Assembly: GCA_002749065.1 (NCBI GenBank)
Contig: PDTX01000005.1
Location: forward strand, 19,160-83,159
DNA from: Bacteroidia bacterium
GTDB taxonomy: Bacteria > Bacteroidota > Bacteroidia > Bacteroidales > CAJPTX01
Direction of reading: 5' to 3'
DNA length: 64,000 nucleotides
In this document: positions 63,118 through 64,000 of the stretch, piece by piece
Position numbering within the stretch: the stretch's first letter is position 1
Layout: each line of letters begins with the position of its first letter
Program-made: the position numbers and the translations under genes
The notes under the pieces: model-generated
The model's database searches: none
What the model was told of the DNA's origin: nothing
Seen by the model: the letters and a program-made list of their open reading frames with translations, nothing else

Positions 63118-63594
63118 CTAGAAGCGGAAATGGGCGAAGGCCTTGTTGGCCTCCGCCATCTTGTGAATATCCTCTTTCCGGCGATAGGCGCCGCCCTCCT
63201 GGTTGTAGGCGGCGATGATCTCGCTCGCGAGCTTGTCGCTCATCCCCCGGCCCGAGCGCTTGCGCGCGTACAGGATCAGGTTCTTCATCGCGATGCTCAC
63301 CTTGCGCTCGGGGCGCACCTCCGTGGGCACCTGCAGGTTCGAGCCCCCCACCCGGCGGCTCTTCACCTCCACCTGGGGGGTCACGTTGACCAGCGCCTGG
63401 CGCCACACCTCCAGGGGGGACTTCTCCTCGTCCTTGAGCCGCTGGGCCACCAGGTCCATGGCTTCGTAGAAAATCCCGAAAGCCACGCTCTTCTTCCCGT
63501 CGTACATGAGATTGTTCACGAAGCGGGTCACCTCCACGTCGTGAAAGCGCGGGTCTGGCAGGAGCATCCGCCTCTTTGGCTTTGTCTTTCTCAT
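63118..63594 (-). CDS. rpsG: 30S ribosomal protein S7
   Basis: [32 protein letters not shown]...[16 protein letters not shown]. Confidence 0.97.
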   Translation of the reverse strand: MRKTKPKRRMLLPDPRFHDVEVTRFVNNLMYDGKKSVAFGIFYEAMDLVAQRLKDEEKSPLEVWRQALVNVTPQVEVKSRRVGGSNLQVPTEVRPERKVSIAMKNLILYARKRSGRGMSDKLASEIIAAYNQEGGAYRRKEDIHKMAEANKAFAHFRF

Positions 63595-63622
63595 CGCTCT
63601 CTCTGGTATCTAATGTTAGAAA

Positions 63623-63997
63623 CTACTTCTTCGGCCGCTTTGCGCCATACTTCGACCTACGCTGCAGGCGGCCATCCACGCCCGAGGCGTCCAGCGTCCC
63701 GCGCACCAGGTGGTAGCGAACGCCCGGCAGGTCCTTCACCCTGCCGCCGCGGATGAGCACGATGGAGTGCTCCTGCAGATTGTGGCCCTCGCCCGGGATG
63801 TACGCGTTGACCTCCTTGCCGTTGGTCAAGCGCACGCGGGCGACCTTACGCATAGCCGAATTAGGTTTCTTGGGCGTAGTGGTGTACACGCGCACACATA
63901 CCCCGCGTCGCTGTGGACAAGCATCGAGCGCGGGCGCCTTGCTTGTTTCCTCCATCACAGCTCTACCTTTCCTTACCAGCTGCTGAATTGTCGGCAT
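63623..63997 (-). CDS. rpsL: 30S ribosomal protein S12
   Basis: [12 protein letters not shown]...[70 protein letters not shown]. Confidence 0.97.
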   Translation of the reverse strand: MPTIQQLVRKGRAVMEETSKAPALDACPQRRGVCVRVYTTTPKKPNSAMRKVARVRLTNGKEVNAYIPGEGHNLQEHSIVLIRGGRVKDLPGVRYHLVRGTLDASGVDGRLQRRSKYGAKRPKK

Positions 63998-64000
63998 ACT

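Overview
Visibly GC-rich chromosomal segment (GC not computed). Protein sequences point to Bacteroidota, probably class Bacteroidia: ClpP with the N-terminal extension typical of the group, T9SS cargo domains, DUF4290/DUF4783, TAnnTTTG promoter boxes. Almost all genes are on the minus strand. From 46.1 to 64.0 kb lies an uninterrupted ribosomal supercluster, rpsL-rpsG-fusA-rpsJ...secY-map-infA-rpmJ...rpoA-rplQ. rpmD and rpmJ are too short for the ORF track and were found by manual translation. Moving left: eno, a degraded IS982-like relic, DUF4783, an AsmA-family protein, a lone CoA-transferase A subunit, a MORN-repeat protein, tRNA-Thr(CGU) and aroC. Next comes a 2,810-aa SprB-like PKD-repeat adhesin with a T9SS type-B C-terminal domain, whose stop overlaps the start of a PorP/SprF-like gene. 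Then an orphan ECF sigma factor, psd, tig-clpP-efp, a PP2C phosphatase, a YhbP-like protein, the rseC-rnfBCDGEA operon, a radical SAM gene, bcp, asnS, an HD-domain hydrolase and an RRM protein. At the far left are a 3,431-aa T9SS type-A cargo protein and the 5' part of a DUF4290 gene. I saw no CRISPR array, rRNA, integrase, prophage or recognisable defence system. I cannot point to a clearly novel multi-gene system here. The items most worth a second look are the two giant T9SS surface proteins (about 29% of the window), a G11 homopolymer inside the PP2C phosphatase gene, the IS relic, the orphan CoA-transferase subunit, and low-complexity C-terminal tails on several housekeeping proteins.
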